From assembly GCA_030167865.1 (NCBI GenBank), contig JALAGF010005893.1:1-58484 (forward strand): a DNA stretch of 58,484 nt. The letters are read 5' to 3'. Source of the stretch: Craspedostauros australis (Eukaryota). The notes below the pieces were generated by a model. It saw only the letters and a list, made by a program, of their open reading frames with translations. It was not told where the DNA came from and made no database searches. Every line of letters starts with the position of its first letter. The first letter of the stretch is position 1. Both the position numbers and the translations under genes were made by a program. Positions 22,704 to 34,500 of this stretch are shown here, piece by piece.

Positions 22704-24368
22704 GGCCTCTATCGTGCGCGAGATGATCCATGGCTGACTTCGCTCTCAGCGCGCAGGAGCTGTGATCTTGAGGACATTCTTTCTCTCTCTTTCTCGCTCG
22801 CTCGCTCTGCCTCTGTTTCCCAACCAATGCTTTGGCCTGGGTAACTGGACTTGGATATTCACACCTTCGGTAGCGAGCCTGTGGAGGGATGAAGGCGGAC
22901 GAGTATGCACGAGTATGCCATGAAAATCAAACACGCTCAAAACTCTTTTCACCATGCTGTATCATCATCCTGTGGACTGAAGTACGACGCTGCTATACTC
23001 TGCAGAAGTATAGATTGGACTCCCACTAGGATTGACGCAGATAAAAATTTCTGGAACGTGAGAAAGGGTTTGCGACAGTGTTTACCTTTGCCCGTGAATT
23101 GAATTGAAAATCAAGAAAAACAGAGTAAGAAGCAACGATGAGTTCACGTGTGGAGTGGCGTGATGATGGATGATTCCCGAGCATGCCCTTGGCGATTAAT
23201 TTGCATCTGCATGCTGTGCTAAAACATTCAGAAGAGTTCCCAACGCTCCTGAAATACGGACTCCGAAGTATAGTTGTCAGTAGTATGGCATCTCGAACGA
23301 GACGTCGTCCCCAAAGGTGTCTCTTTCTTTTCCCTCTCTCCATCTGCGTTTCGCTGCGGCTGTCTTCATGCTCGCCCACACGAGCGATACTCTGCCATGC
23401 ATCGCCATCCTTCGACATAGTCGCGAGACAATGACAGGCAGAGCGTGCTTGAGTGTGGTGCGCTGCTTGTGCGAAGTGATACATAATGGTAGTAGTACAC
23501 TATCCCACTCCATGCTTTGCATGTGAGTTGGTACTATTTGTCTGTGGTTGGAGTGGGCATAAACTATTGATGAACTACGGATCGACTACGGACCAACTAT
23601 TATGGCTCGTCTTTGGTTGGCACAACCATCGCGCAGAGGCAGTGCTTTCTGTCTCTTTCGGTCGTACGCGAAAACTAGGGTTTTGGAAGTTTCAGATGTG
23701 AAAACCGTCCTCCCATTCGTGACGCTTCGGGCAGGCCTTGTCGCTCTTGAAAACAGGAAAAATTAGCCGATCGTGGCTGTTCCTGTATTTAGGATAGATG
23801 TATTCATATGTGTTGGCGGGCAATATGTAAATATTCAAGAACGAATATAAACAAAAGAAAGAACTTAACACCGGTCGCCAAATGCGACATCATGAAAAGC
23901 ACATGGACCGAGGCGGCCAGGCCACATGAGGAAGAAAAGCCTGTCGGTGGGAGCCTGAGACAGGATCGAAACAACACGAGAAAGCGTGCAACGAAGCGGA
24001 CAAAACAGGCCATCACCCTCCCACCCCCTGGCTCTCCCGCGCAATTGTCGTGAAACCGTGATGTGACAGACAAAACGCTCGCAGCACAATGCAGTACCGC
24101 GCGGCGCAGTACTCTGCGCGTTTGGTGCCTTGTTGTGTGTGGATCGTGGCTGGTGCAGCAGCTCGCGGTTTGTTGCGCTGCCGTGTGTGTGGTTCTGGTT
24201 GCGGAGCAAAACACCAGCACCGGTTTTTACCACGACATCGCGGGAACCGCGGTGGCAGGAGGCAAGAGTCACGGAGGCAGCCCCGAACAGGACATAAACC
24301 ACAGCTTCGACAGCACAAACACAATACCATACGGTGAAGGCCCTCGCGACGGGGAGCGGGCGGCAACA

Positions 24369-27012
24369 ATGTTCGGGGAAAAGATCTGGAGCAACTTGCC
24401 TGTTGGCTTGCTATCGCGCCGCAACCACAGCAGCAGCGCACCAACAACGGCAGCAGCACAGGTGGCGCCACCACCACCGCCACCAGTAGCACCACCACCA
24501 CCAGTAGCAACAGTAGCAGTAGCAGCAGTAGCCACAGCAGCAGCAGCAGCACAAGGGAAAGGCATGGTAGGCATGGCAGGCATGGTGGACATCGGCGTCC
24601 CAGAACCAACCAGACGCCCGTCGCCGGTGGCAGCTGCAGCCACCATGGTGACGATGCACGACGACGAAGATGACGCCGTCAAGAAGCGCCGTCGGGAATC
24701 AGGATCCGGCGCGGACACCAGCTCCCAATTCGCGGCCGCCGCATCAGCTGCTCCAGACGCGTTCGCCGTTGGCAGCAGGACTCCCACGCTCATCTCCAGC
24801 GGCTGCGCCACAGCCAAGCTCGCCGCCGCGCTCGCCATGAAAGGCGGGGCGGGAAAGCCTTCGTCCTCCACGCCGCAGCACGACAGCGACCGCCCGCACA
24901 AGCGCATGCGCCGCACAGTGGAGATCACCAACGCGCCGCCGGACCTCATCCCCGCCACCCAAGAGCCACCCGTCCAGAAATCGCGGCTGCTCAACAAGGT
25001 CCCGGAGGACGTCCTGGCGCACTGCCTCTCCTTCGTGGGCACCGCCAAGGACCGCTTCGCCCTCCAGACCACCTGCAGGACCTTCCGCGACCTTTCCAAC
25101 TCGGACGACATGCTGGCGAGGCTTGATCTGGGCGGCGACAAGAACACGCGCGAGGGCGGCATCATCCAGAAGTACGACACTCCGGCCACGGCCACCGCGC
25201 TTCTCGCACCCTTCGCACACGCGCGCAATCTCGAGGCCCTGTACATGTAAGTTCGCTTGTTCGTTTGCCCCATCAAATCTCCATCCAAACCGGAGGCGAT
25301 GATTGCAAGTTCCCACGCTTCCTTGTCTGCCTTCTGGTGCCTTCGCCTGGCTGGCTGTCTGGCTGTTCGCTTGCTTGTTTCGATTGGTTGATTGCTTGCG
25401 CTGTCAGTGAACACTGCGGGGGTGCCGTTCCGATTGAGGAACACAGACGAACAGGGAGCGGTTTCAACTGGAGCACTCGATCCATGTTGGCTCTCGCGGT
25501 ACCGCTTCCGGTCTTTCATCACCATGATGCGTCCACGGCCCCACGTGCACGTGTGCATGCATGATTGTGCTTCAGATGACCTTCGTGGCAAGCAACGCAG
25601 GAAGACAACACACAGACGGCACCCAAGTGTATTGTCATAGTCAACAACGACGGTTCCGCAATGCTGCCGTTGCGGTGTCAATACAGAAGCCCACGGTTCA
25701 TCGCACAACATCCATCGCTCACACCAAATCATACATCACATTTCCCCACCTGCCCATCCAACAAACAAACACAACAAACAAACAAACATCCAATAACTGG
25801 CACCTGACACCGACATCTAACAACCACCCCCGTACGCAACACAGGCTCGGGATCATCAAATGCTACTGCTACCAGGACCTCAACAATGGAATCAGAATGC
25901 TCAAGATGGCATCCTCCTACGGCTTCGTCCGCTCCTCGTACATGTTGGGCGTCATCCTACGTGATGCGCTGCCCGACGAGGCTTCGCGCTACATGAAGAT
26001 CGCGGCCGAAAAGGACTACTTCCCAGCACTTCAGGAAACACTCTCTGGTCGGGATATGAAAGCCCGCTTCGGTGAGCCAAGCGCTGAGGAGCTGTGCCAG
26101 TACTTGGATTCTGCGTGCCTCAACAGATTGTTACGTCAGGACTACCTGCAATCGGCAGATCTTCGCGGTCACAATACCAGCCACTGCTGGAACAAGCTCT
26201 GCGGCAAGTGGGCCTACAAAGCAAACTCCAACCTCGGCGCCAACAATGCCCCTGGTGCCAATGACAACGATCGCGATGACGACAGCGACGACGACGACGA
26301 TGATGATGATAACAACGCCAGACCTCAGGGGCGATGGGACGTCGTTTCCGGAAGGCACCATGGCGGACATGGAATTCACGCAAACCACGTGAGAGGCCAC
26401 CACAACGCAAATCACATGAGCGACAACAACAACAACAACAACAACGGAGGACACGAAGACGAGGCAGACGACGATGATGATATTGAAGTCGGAGGCACCT
26501 ATGCACCAATTGGAATGGTGGGATCCAATTTTGTTTTGGACCTGTCCAGAATCGTGAGTCCACTTCTACAACACAGCGATCAGCTCGACACACACCGTCC
26601 GCAGAATCACCATTCGCACCCACACCGGCAGCACCAACATCAACATCCGCACCCACACCCACACCGGCATGGGAATCGACACGAACACCGGTACCAGCAC
26701 CAACATCAGCATTCGAGAAGCGTCTCCGATGCCACCCCTGTTCACACCCAGGAGCCTTTCGGCTTGGAGAGGACATCTTCAGAAAGCTCGGCACTTTCAT
26801 CCACCGGCAGCCCATCCCGCAGAAAGAGGAAGCTCTTTCACAGGGACTTGGCTGGCCGCTCGCTTGCATGGCAATCCGGCGACGTCTCAGTTGACCGCGT
26901 CTCGCGGATGAAGATGTGCAGCCGTTGCTGCAGAGCCAAATACTGCAGCAAGCTCTGTCAAGTGTACGACTGGAGATCAAATGAGCACAAGATGGTGTGC
27001 CAATTCTTGTGA
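24369..27012 (+). CDS. F-box / Sel1-like / MYND zinc-finger protein; exons ~24369-25246 and 25845-27012 (start codon uncertain)
   Basis: F-box LLNKVPEDVLAHCLSFV...LQTTCRTFRDL. ARNLEALYMLGIIKCYC is read across a phase-2 intron (AT|gtaagt, ctaac, acag|G). C-terminal CSRCCRAKYCSKLCQVYDWRSNEHKMVC. Confidence 0.85.
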
Positions 27013-27450
27013 GACGGGACACCCTTTCACGCCAAAGGTGGTCAGGAAACTTGCTGCTCCGCTGAAACTCTGCAACCACTGCCCTGCTTCGATAATGCCC
27101 TGCTGCCTTGCTCTTGCCTTTTTGCCTTGCGGAGCCCCTGGCGAATTCGAGAGAATCAATGAATGCAGACAACGACGGACCAGTTTCGCACTGACACACG
27201 GCGAAACCCAACCAAGCCCTCATCTTATCACACCCCCAATCCATCCATCTATCCATTGGTGGGCCATACCCGCCAAGCCCCATCAACCAACCAACCAACG
27301 AACCACGCCCAAACACGACAACACCCGCCACACACCAATACCTGTCAATCAAACAAGACACAGACCAATGAACAATGAACGAACTTACCAACCAACAAAA
27401 AACGAAACAAACCAAAAAAAACACGCACGCACCGAAACACAGAGACGAAG

Positions 27451-27725
27451 ACGAAGGCGACCTTATACTCTACCACACTACGTCCTTCGTGGGGGAACAC
27501 ACTTCGCATGCGGATCAAACCTGCATGCAAACCTGCCCGGAGCATCCCGCTTCGGGCTCGGCCATCGAGGAGCCGAACTGAGCTTGGGTGACATTTTGCT
27601 GAGACACCCAAAGCTGGCGGGCCGACGCTCTGTAGAGCGTTGGTCGACTACGCCAACACGCATCGCCAACCGTGCCGTACAAAAGAACGCACAAGCGATG
27701 ACTCTGTGTCTTATCTGAAGACACA
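27451..27725 (+). ncRNA. Candidate structured RNA element (array of consecutive stem-loops), probably in or behind the 3' UTR of the F-box/MYND gene
   Basis: Hairpins at 27451-27490, 27506-27528, 27535-27557, 27558-27576, 27581-27615, 27616-27654 and 27705-27725. Four stem mismatches are all G-T on the + strand. Confidence 0.4.
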
Positions 27726-28414
27726 TGAACACAAACAAACAAGACGAACGAACGAACGTGCCAACGCGGCATCGAACGAGTTTGTCAAGAGGAGGGATGC
27801 CACGGAGTCACCACCAGACGAAGCCACGGTTGTGAGGGGACAAAAACCACAACATTATATGTGCAGCATCGTCTACCTTATGTCAATTGGAAGACCCGAT
27901 ATAGCGCCACCCTCCCCAACGCGAGATCACAACCACTCATGCCACACAAAACAGCATGAAACTATGAATTGAAAGAGTGAACGAACGAATAAATGAACCA
28001 ATCAAAGTCAAAAGACAACAGAGGGAGAATGACGGGCAAACGCCCGTCCCGTTTTTCCTGTGCGCACATCGGAAAACCATGACCACTTCTGATGCCTCGA
28101 ACACACGCGCACAAATCACCGGTTGTTGTAAACATCAATAATAACGATCTATTTTAGCATCCCGCACACGCATGCGTTGTATTGTTGACTTTCTGCCACA
28201 CGAATGCTTCCAGGCGCGTCGTGATCCATTGTGTGGCACTCATTTGGCTGATGTGATCCTAAATGGCAACGGCATTCATGCTCGCTGTTGCTCCATGACG
28301 ACACACCATGTTCGCGAATGTGACAACAGCGATGATCGCCACCGCAACACCAAGGGTATCACCAAGGACAACAGCATGGTAGAGGAACCAGGCCCTGAAA
28401 CGCCTCAAGCCGCC

Positions 28415-29326
28415 TCAGACTACTTCAACGGTGAAACTGGATCGCACGCGCTTGAGCTCCGCGCTGGCAAGCTTCCAGATGCGAGTCGAGTCGCATTCCA
28501 CGCAGGCGACGTAGAGCCTGCTGTCCACCACCGTCGCCGACAGCAGGAAGATGTTATCGTACGGGCAGAATCCCAGACCCAGATTCTCCTTCGAGCTACC
28601 GCAGGTCTCCGGAGCGGCCGCCATGTCAAACTCGTAGTACGTCTGTCCGTTGCGTTCCGTGGTGCGTCCCGAGATGATGTCCGCGCCGTACAGCCGTTTC
28701 AGAGATTGCGGCACCTGCAACACCTTCGCCACACCGAATCGGGATGCCTTTTGCAGCATGGACAGGTCGACGTCGCCCTGCGGTTGGTAGACCGTGACAC
28801 GTTTGCAAGCGCGCGCGTTCGTGCCTTCCGATCGGTCGAAGTAAAGCTCATCGCCGTTCTTGCCGTCGGACCATTTGAGTGGCAGATCGTAGGACAGACG
28901 AATGTCGGAGCCCTTGGTGCTGTCGACGTCGCCGTCCTGGATGGTCTCATCCACGATGGATCTGTAGTTGTCGGTCGCACGCCAGGACAGCTGCACCTTG
29001 CGCTCCTTGGCCTCCGATTCGATGCCCTCCTTCAACGAACCATCGGGGTTGAACATTTGGCTCGTCAGATCGGGAGTGTCAGCATCATCGTTGGCAGCAT
29101 GGGAGACGGAGGGCGACATCACGAGACCGGCAGCGATGCCACCGAAAGTCGTGGCCAGGACGGCACGTCGGGACTGCGGCACGGCATGGTCGCTGGCAAC
29201 GCTGGCGGAGGATTGGGTTGGTCGTGAGGGAGGCGATGGAAGGTGCAGACCCAACGTGCTGCTGCTGTTCATCCACAGAGTGAACAGCGACAGCCCGGAG
29301 ATGATGTTCGTTCGATGGCCAATCAT
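28415..29326 (-). CDS. PsbP-like (PPD-type) thylakoid lumen protein with signal + transit + Tat presequence (303 aa)
   Basis: Hydrophobic N-terminus, S/P-rich transit, and SRRAVL...SVSHA|A twin-arginine signal. The C-terminus resembles PsbP/Mog1 (GQTYYEFD...SATVVDSRLY...WK...LKRVRSSFTV). Confidence 0.7.
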   Translation of the reverse strand: MIGHRTNIISGLSLFTLWMNSSSTLGLHLPSPPSRPTQSSASVASDHAVPQSRRAVLATTFGGIAAGLVMSPSVSHAANDDADTPDLTSQMFNPDGSLKEGIESEAKERKVQLSWRATDNYRSIVDETIQDGDVDSTKGSDIRLSYDLPLKWSDGKNGDELYFDRSEGTNARACKRVTVYQPQGDVDLSMLQKASRFGVAKVLQVPQSLKRLYGADIISGRTTERNGQTYYEFDMAAAPETCGSSKENLGLGFCPYDNIFLLSATVVDSRLYVACVECDSTRIWKLASAELKRVRSSFTVEVV

Positions 29327-29844
29327 GACAGTGTGCTGGTGCTAGTAAATGGACGCAGCGTGGAGCAATTGACTGTTGTGTGTACGAATGGATGTGAGAG
29401 TGGAAGTAAGCGTGGATGGCTGTGAATAGTTGTGGATAGTTGTGGATGGGCCTCTTGTTGTGTGGATGGCAACACCGTGTAGTAATACTCTACATTGCCA
29501 ATAGCTCGAAGGTTCATGTTGGTCCAGTGATTGGGTGAGTGTCGGCGAACGGCGAGTAGATTGATGGCACCATCGCCATCGTGGGCTTCGTTTTCTCCGG
29601 ATCTGCGTGTTGGTTTCGCGATCTTCGATTCGTTGGATTCAACCATGAAGAGGCTTGGTAGAACATTACGTGACTCTTTCTGGAGAGCAAGCGCCAACAA
29701 GGAACTGCGCTTTTGAACAAGACAGGGAAGATCTGTAACAATCGTGCCGTGTAAACTATATTCTATGACATAATTGTGACCGTATTGCACACGACCGTAT
29801 CATATACGGACACATTGTCGCGGACGACCACGGTGCCAGATGTT

Positions 29845-31062
29845 TCAGGCGACCTTGACGCTCCAACCTTCCGGGCCTTCAATGTTTCCGTACTGAATCC
29901 CCGTGATCTGCTTCCAAAATCGTTGCGACAATGGCCCAACGGGCGGGATCTCAATGTCAGATCCTTCGTATTGAATGGTTGAGATGGGCGAGATCACGGC
30001 GGCAGTGCCTGTTCCGAAGGCTTCCAGCAAGCGTCCATCTTCCGCAGCATCCCTGACTTCCTTCATCGTGAGGGATCGTTCCGAGACGTCGATGTCATCC
30101 CACGTCCTTCCTAATGCCAGGACGCTGTCACGAGTCACACCAGGCAGGATGTCGCCTCTGGTCAACGGAGGCGTCACCAACTCCGGTCGCTGGGTGTTCT
30201 CGTTCATGATCGAGAAGAACACATTCATCGAGCCGACCTCCGTGATCTCATGGTCGTCACCGAACAGCCACAGAATCTGAGAGAACCCCTCCTCTGCCGC
30301 CATGGAGGTCGGTCTTATGGTGGGCGCGTAGTTTCCGCCGACCTTGTTGCTGCCCGTGCCACCGGGCCAGGCCCGCACGAAGCGCGAGTCGGCCTTCAGT
30401 TTGACTGGCTTGAAGCCGCTCTTGAAGTACGGGCCGACGGGGCTCGTGATGACGAAGAGGGTGAGATCGTAGGGATTCGCAAGTCCCAGCGCCCGGTTGG
30501 TGGAAATCACTGTCGGCCGCAAGTACAACGAGTATCCTTCCCCTTCCTCGATCCATCGCTCATCCAGCCTGACCAGCTCTCCGATGCATTTGATCAGCTC
30601 GTCGCGATCGAAATCGGCGCCCGGCATTCGCAACCGGTCCATGGATTGGGAAAGGCGCTCCATGTTCTTGTCCGGACGGAACAATCGGATGGATCCGTCC
30701 GTCGTGCTCTTGTAGGCCTTCATGCCCTCGAAGCATTGCGAGCCGTAATGCAAGCAGGGTGAGGCAGGATCCATCGAAATCGGCCCGAACGGATGAATGG
30801 CCGGGGCGGACCAAGCTGCGTCGTCGCCGGACCAGTTGATGGTCAGCATGTGATCCGACATGATGGATCCAAAGGCGATTTCTTCTTTGGGCGGTTTGCT
30901 GTTGAAGGCATCATCGTTGGTGACCTTCGTGATGGTGAGCCGGGAGCTGCTGATGCACCGCTTCGTCGATCTTTCGTGGGGCGCAACGCAAGGCGATCGC
31001 GCGAAGCGTCGGCAGGATCGCAGCATCTGGTTGCATCGAGATGAAGCTGCGGCGCCGATCAT
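29845..31062 (-). CDS. BCAT: Branched-chain amino acid aminotransferase, probably mitochondrial (405 aa from ATG at 31062)
   Basis: LHYGSQCFEGMKAY, RLFRPDKNMERL, SLYLRPT, RAWPGGTGSNKVGGNY (PLP Lys), EVGSMNVF, ILPGVTRDSV, EAFGTGTAAVISP. R/S-rich N-terminal presequence. Confidence 0.95.
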   Translation of the reverse strand: MIGAAASSRCNQMLRSCRRFARSPCVAPHERSTKRCISSSRLTITKVTNDDAFNSKPPKEEIAFGSIMSDHMLTINWSGDDAAWSAPAIHPFGPISMDPASPCLHYGSQCFEGMKAYKSTTDGSIRLFRPDKNMERLSQSMDRLRMPGADFDRDELIKCIGELVRLDERWIEEGEGYSLYLRPTVISTNRALGLANPYDLTLFVITSPVGPYFKSGFKPVKLKADSRFVRAWPGGTGSNKVGGNYAPTIRPTSMAAEEGFSQILWLFGDDHEITEVGSMNVFFSIMNENTQRPELVTPPLTRGDILPGVTRDSVLALGRTWDDIDVSERSLTMKEVRDAAEDGRLLEAFGTGTAAVISPISTIQYEGSDIEIPPVGPLSQRFWKQITGIQYGNIEGPEGWSVKVA

Positions 31063-31587
31063 GATGTCGTTGGTTTGCTGATGTAATATTATGGGAGATT
31101 GATGAATGCGTGCTCCACTTCTGATCTTGATGCCTGGAACTCGCACGATGACGATACTCTCTCTCTCTCTGATGCAGGACGGGCTGCTCTGTTGGGTGTT
31201 CGACCAACTTTGGGTTGCGTTGGTCCAACCACAGAACACACGAACACGTCGCGTTTCGATTCCGAACGGTTCACAACAAATCAGAATTACGTGATTTCTG
31301 CATACATAGGTCTACGTTACATGTAGCCTTACGAAATGATGCCAAAAAGGAAGTCCCGGGTTGAAGGATTCATTCGTAATTGTGAAATTAGCAAAGAGGT
31401 AGTCAAAGCGTTTCCTTCCAAAACACAAACAGATGACACGGACACGCGTTGCCACACAGACACCAAACAACACAAGAAACGAATCCACCCACCACCCCTC
31501 CACCCCTGCGGAACATGTGGGGAGGCAGCGTCATCTGCATTGCCCATCCGTCATCTCACCCATCATCGCAGCGCATCGGATAGAAAG

Positions 31588-34500
31588 ATGGTATTCTCCA
31601 AGAAGAAGAAGAAACGAAGGTCCACAAGGGACAGGAGGAGCGCGCCGACGGTGTTGGACACCATCGGGGACGCGACATCCGCGATCCTGCTGCTGGATGA
31701 TTATCAACGATTCGGCTTTGCGGAACGGGTAAGATCATGGGATGAGGAGCAGCGCATGACCTTCATGGATATTCAGAGTATAATACAATTGATTCAACTT
31801 GGCCCAGCTCGAGCCACATAGCCATGGCAACGCAGAGCGGTATTCGAGGAGAGAAGTGTTGCAAAGTACTTCTCCATTCTATGTGCGCTTTGATGCTCTG
31901 GGTGCCTCAGTCTGCACATTGGCTGATTGCCTTGGTTCCTGGATGAAGGCTTGAGTCCAACCGAATGGAATCGAATTGAGCCGGGCTGAGCATCCAGATC
32001 ATCCCCTACCAGGATCCGTAGTCATGGCGCAGTCTGACACAACCAATGACGATCAATCTTGTCTCCATTCTCTCCACGTCCACCCCCGACATGTTGCTTA
32101 CTTCTTGCTCTGTTGCTCCATCGCTCCATCGCACGCGACAATCACCCACAATGTCACCTAATCTCCTCTCTCCCATATTGGCCCGATCGCAGGTATGTTA
32201 CCACTTCGATTTGATGGAGATGCAGTCCGAATCATCCGATGATAACATATCGCCCGTCAGCACACGGAAGAGATCGCAGACGGAGCAGAATGAGAGCATG
32301 TGCGGGGTTGTGAGACTGCTGGAGTGCACACCGCCAACATCGTGGGACGAGCTGAACAACAAACAGCGGAATGCGTTGGAGAATGAACTGAAAGCCTTCA
32401 ACAAGCATGCCAAGCAGAAGCAGCAGGAGTTCAAAACCACAGCGTACGAACCCAAGCGTTTGCCACTCAACCTCAATCCCTCCACGCGGATCTTCTTCTC
32501 TTACCGACTCACGAGAATGGCCTTCTGCGTCGATGCATCACCGTCCATGGCATCCACCTTTGGCATGCCTATGGGTGTGGATGCAGACATGGATGCATGC
32601 TGCCCGTTGGACAGATTGGCGGCGATGGCCGCAACCTTCTTCCGATCGTTAGTCGAACCCATCGAGGTTCCCTTTCTCGGCACCGACAAGGATGCTTGGA
32701 CCCCGGAGATCGCGATCTCCGTCATCGCTGTCTTCCCGCATGGCAAGCACTCCGAAACCAACCTGCTGGTGCGCGACTTCCACCTACACGACGCGGCAAG
32801 CGCTGACCGTCTCGCCTCCAAAATTGACCGCTGGGCGAAGACGGAAGTGGAAGATGGCATCGCGTGCCGCGTCAGCAACTCGCTGGGAACCAACGAATGG
32901 GCAGCACCCCTCCACTCATCATCGCTGAAGGACATCATGCAGGCAGGAGACTGCGCGCTCGACATCCTGTCCTCGGAAGCCAGTCCCTGCTTGGTCGTGG
33001 CAACGGATGGCAGGTCGATCTCATGCGATGACGTCAAAGACGTCTTCCTCACTTCGGGCCGCGCTGATGTCCCTGTCACCGTGCTGGATTTGTCGAGCCC
33101 GGAGAGCCACTCGTTGGAGACGGTCGATGCCGATGAATATGTCTCTGGAGATCTTGCTTCCTCGTTCCTGACGTACGACCCGCCCAGCTCGGCTTCGTTC
33201 CCGCTCAACCTATCTGATGATACCGAGGAACTCTACGATATCTGCAAGGCGACTGGCGGATGCTTCTTTGATTCGCGGCTTCTCGATGCAGCAGCGAGCG
33301 GCCCCCCGACCCGGTCAATGGATCGCAATGAAAACAGGACGGAGGAGCATTTCTTCACGTTCCATGATGACAACAACACGTCAATCCGCATGAATGGTGT
33401 ACAGTGGCTGACGCTCTTCACCTTGTCGCCTCTGTCGCCAGCGCTTGGTTCAGACTGGTCCAAATTCGTTCCGCCTGACTATCTCCGAAGCAGCATTGCA
33501 CAGCAATCGCCTGCACCGACGATCCCACTCGGTCGCCAGGGACACAACTTTGGCGTTCCCAGCATGCACCGGATGAGCGACTTGTTCATGCCGCCCGAAT
33601 GGAATGGCAGCTCTCACAAACGAGGCGAAGCAAGAGCGAGCCTTCCCTACTCCCTCTCCCCCATCCGTATCAAGGGGTTGATTCTCATGCGCATTCGACA
33701 AGGCTACAGAATACGAGAGTACAAATACACTTCGACGGGAGATGGGAAGACCAACCTCCTATTCGTGCTCCCGCTGATGCACGGTTCCACGCTGCACTAT
33801 GAGCTCCTGTACACTCCTTTGCCAGGTGCAAATCGGTTATCAGGCTCGGCGCACGTGAAGATGGAGCTCTCCGGAAGCCGAAGTCTTGTCGACAATGTCA
33901 AACTCAGCTTGGTAAAATTGCAGCAACAGCAACACCAGCAGCAACAACAGCAGCACCAATACCAACATCAACAGCAAAATCACTTGCCTGGCGCGCAGTC
34001 CATGGCGCAGATGGTGGCACTGAAACTCGCGCGCGTGCTGCATCAGACCAAGCACGAGGATTGGTTCAGATCCACTCTCTGTCCCCTCCAACGCTGGTCA
34101 TCTGGGCAGATTGGGAATCCCGAGCGGCTTCTCCTCAGGCGCTTGGCGTCGCTGACAGATGTACAGAGGCAGAATCACTTTCATAGGAATGAAATAGATG
34201 TCATCTGCACCGGGAGCATTCCACCCTTCGATGTTGACAATGTGGTCACCGAGTACAACAGCACGGGCACGGGCGAAGCTCAGCTCATACAGCTCATCTC
34301 TCGTTGGACAACACAGACCATTGACAGCAAGCGCGACCTCTACATCAAGATTTTGAATGCGAAGGACGAGCCGATGAGCTACTGCACGATCCAACTGCAA
34401 CGAAAAAGTCCGTCCAGCCATCTCTTCACCATCAAGGTGGAGCTGTTCGCCGGGACGAGCCCTCTCCGCATCCTCGACGTCCTCTCCAGTCTGCGGAACA

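Noticed and set aside
27581..27654. TPP riboswitch (GGGTG...CTGAGA.CACCC)
   Set aside because: The pyrophosphate-binding half (CCUGA, GNUAAU loop, CGNAGG) is absent and the neighbouring genes are unrelated to thiamine.
27698..27729. SECIS-like ATGA...TGA hairpin
   Set aside because: Helix too short, no apical AA, and no in-frame UGA at a plausible Sec position in the upstream gene.
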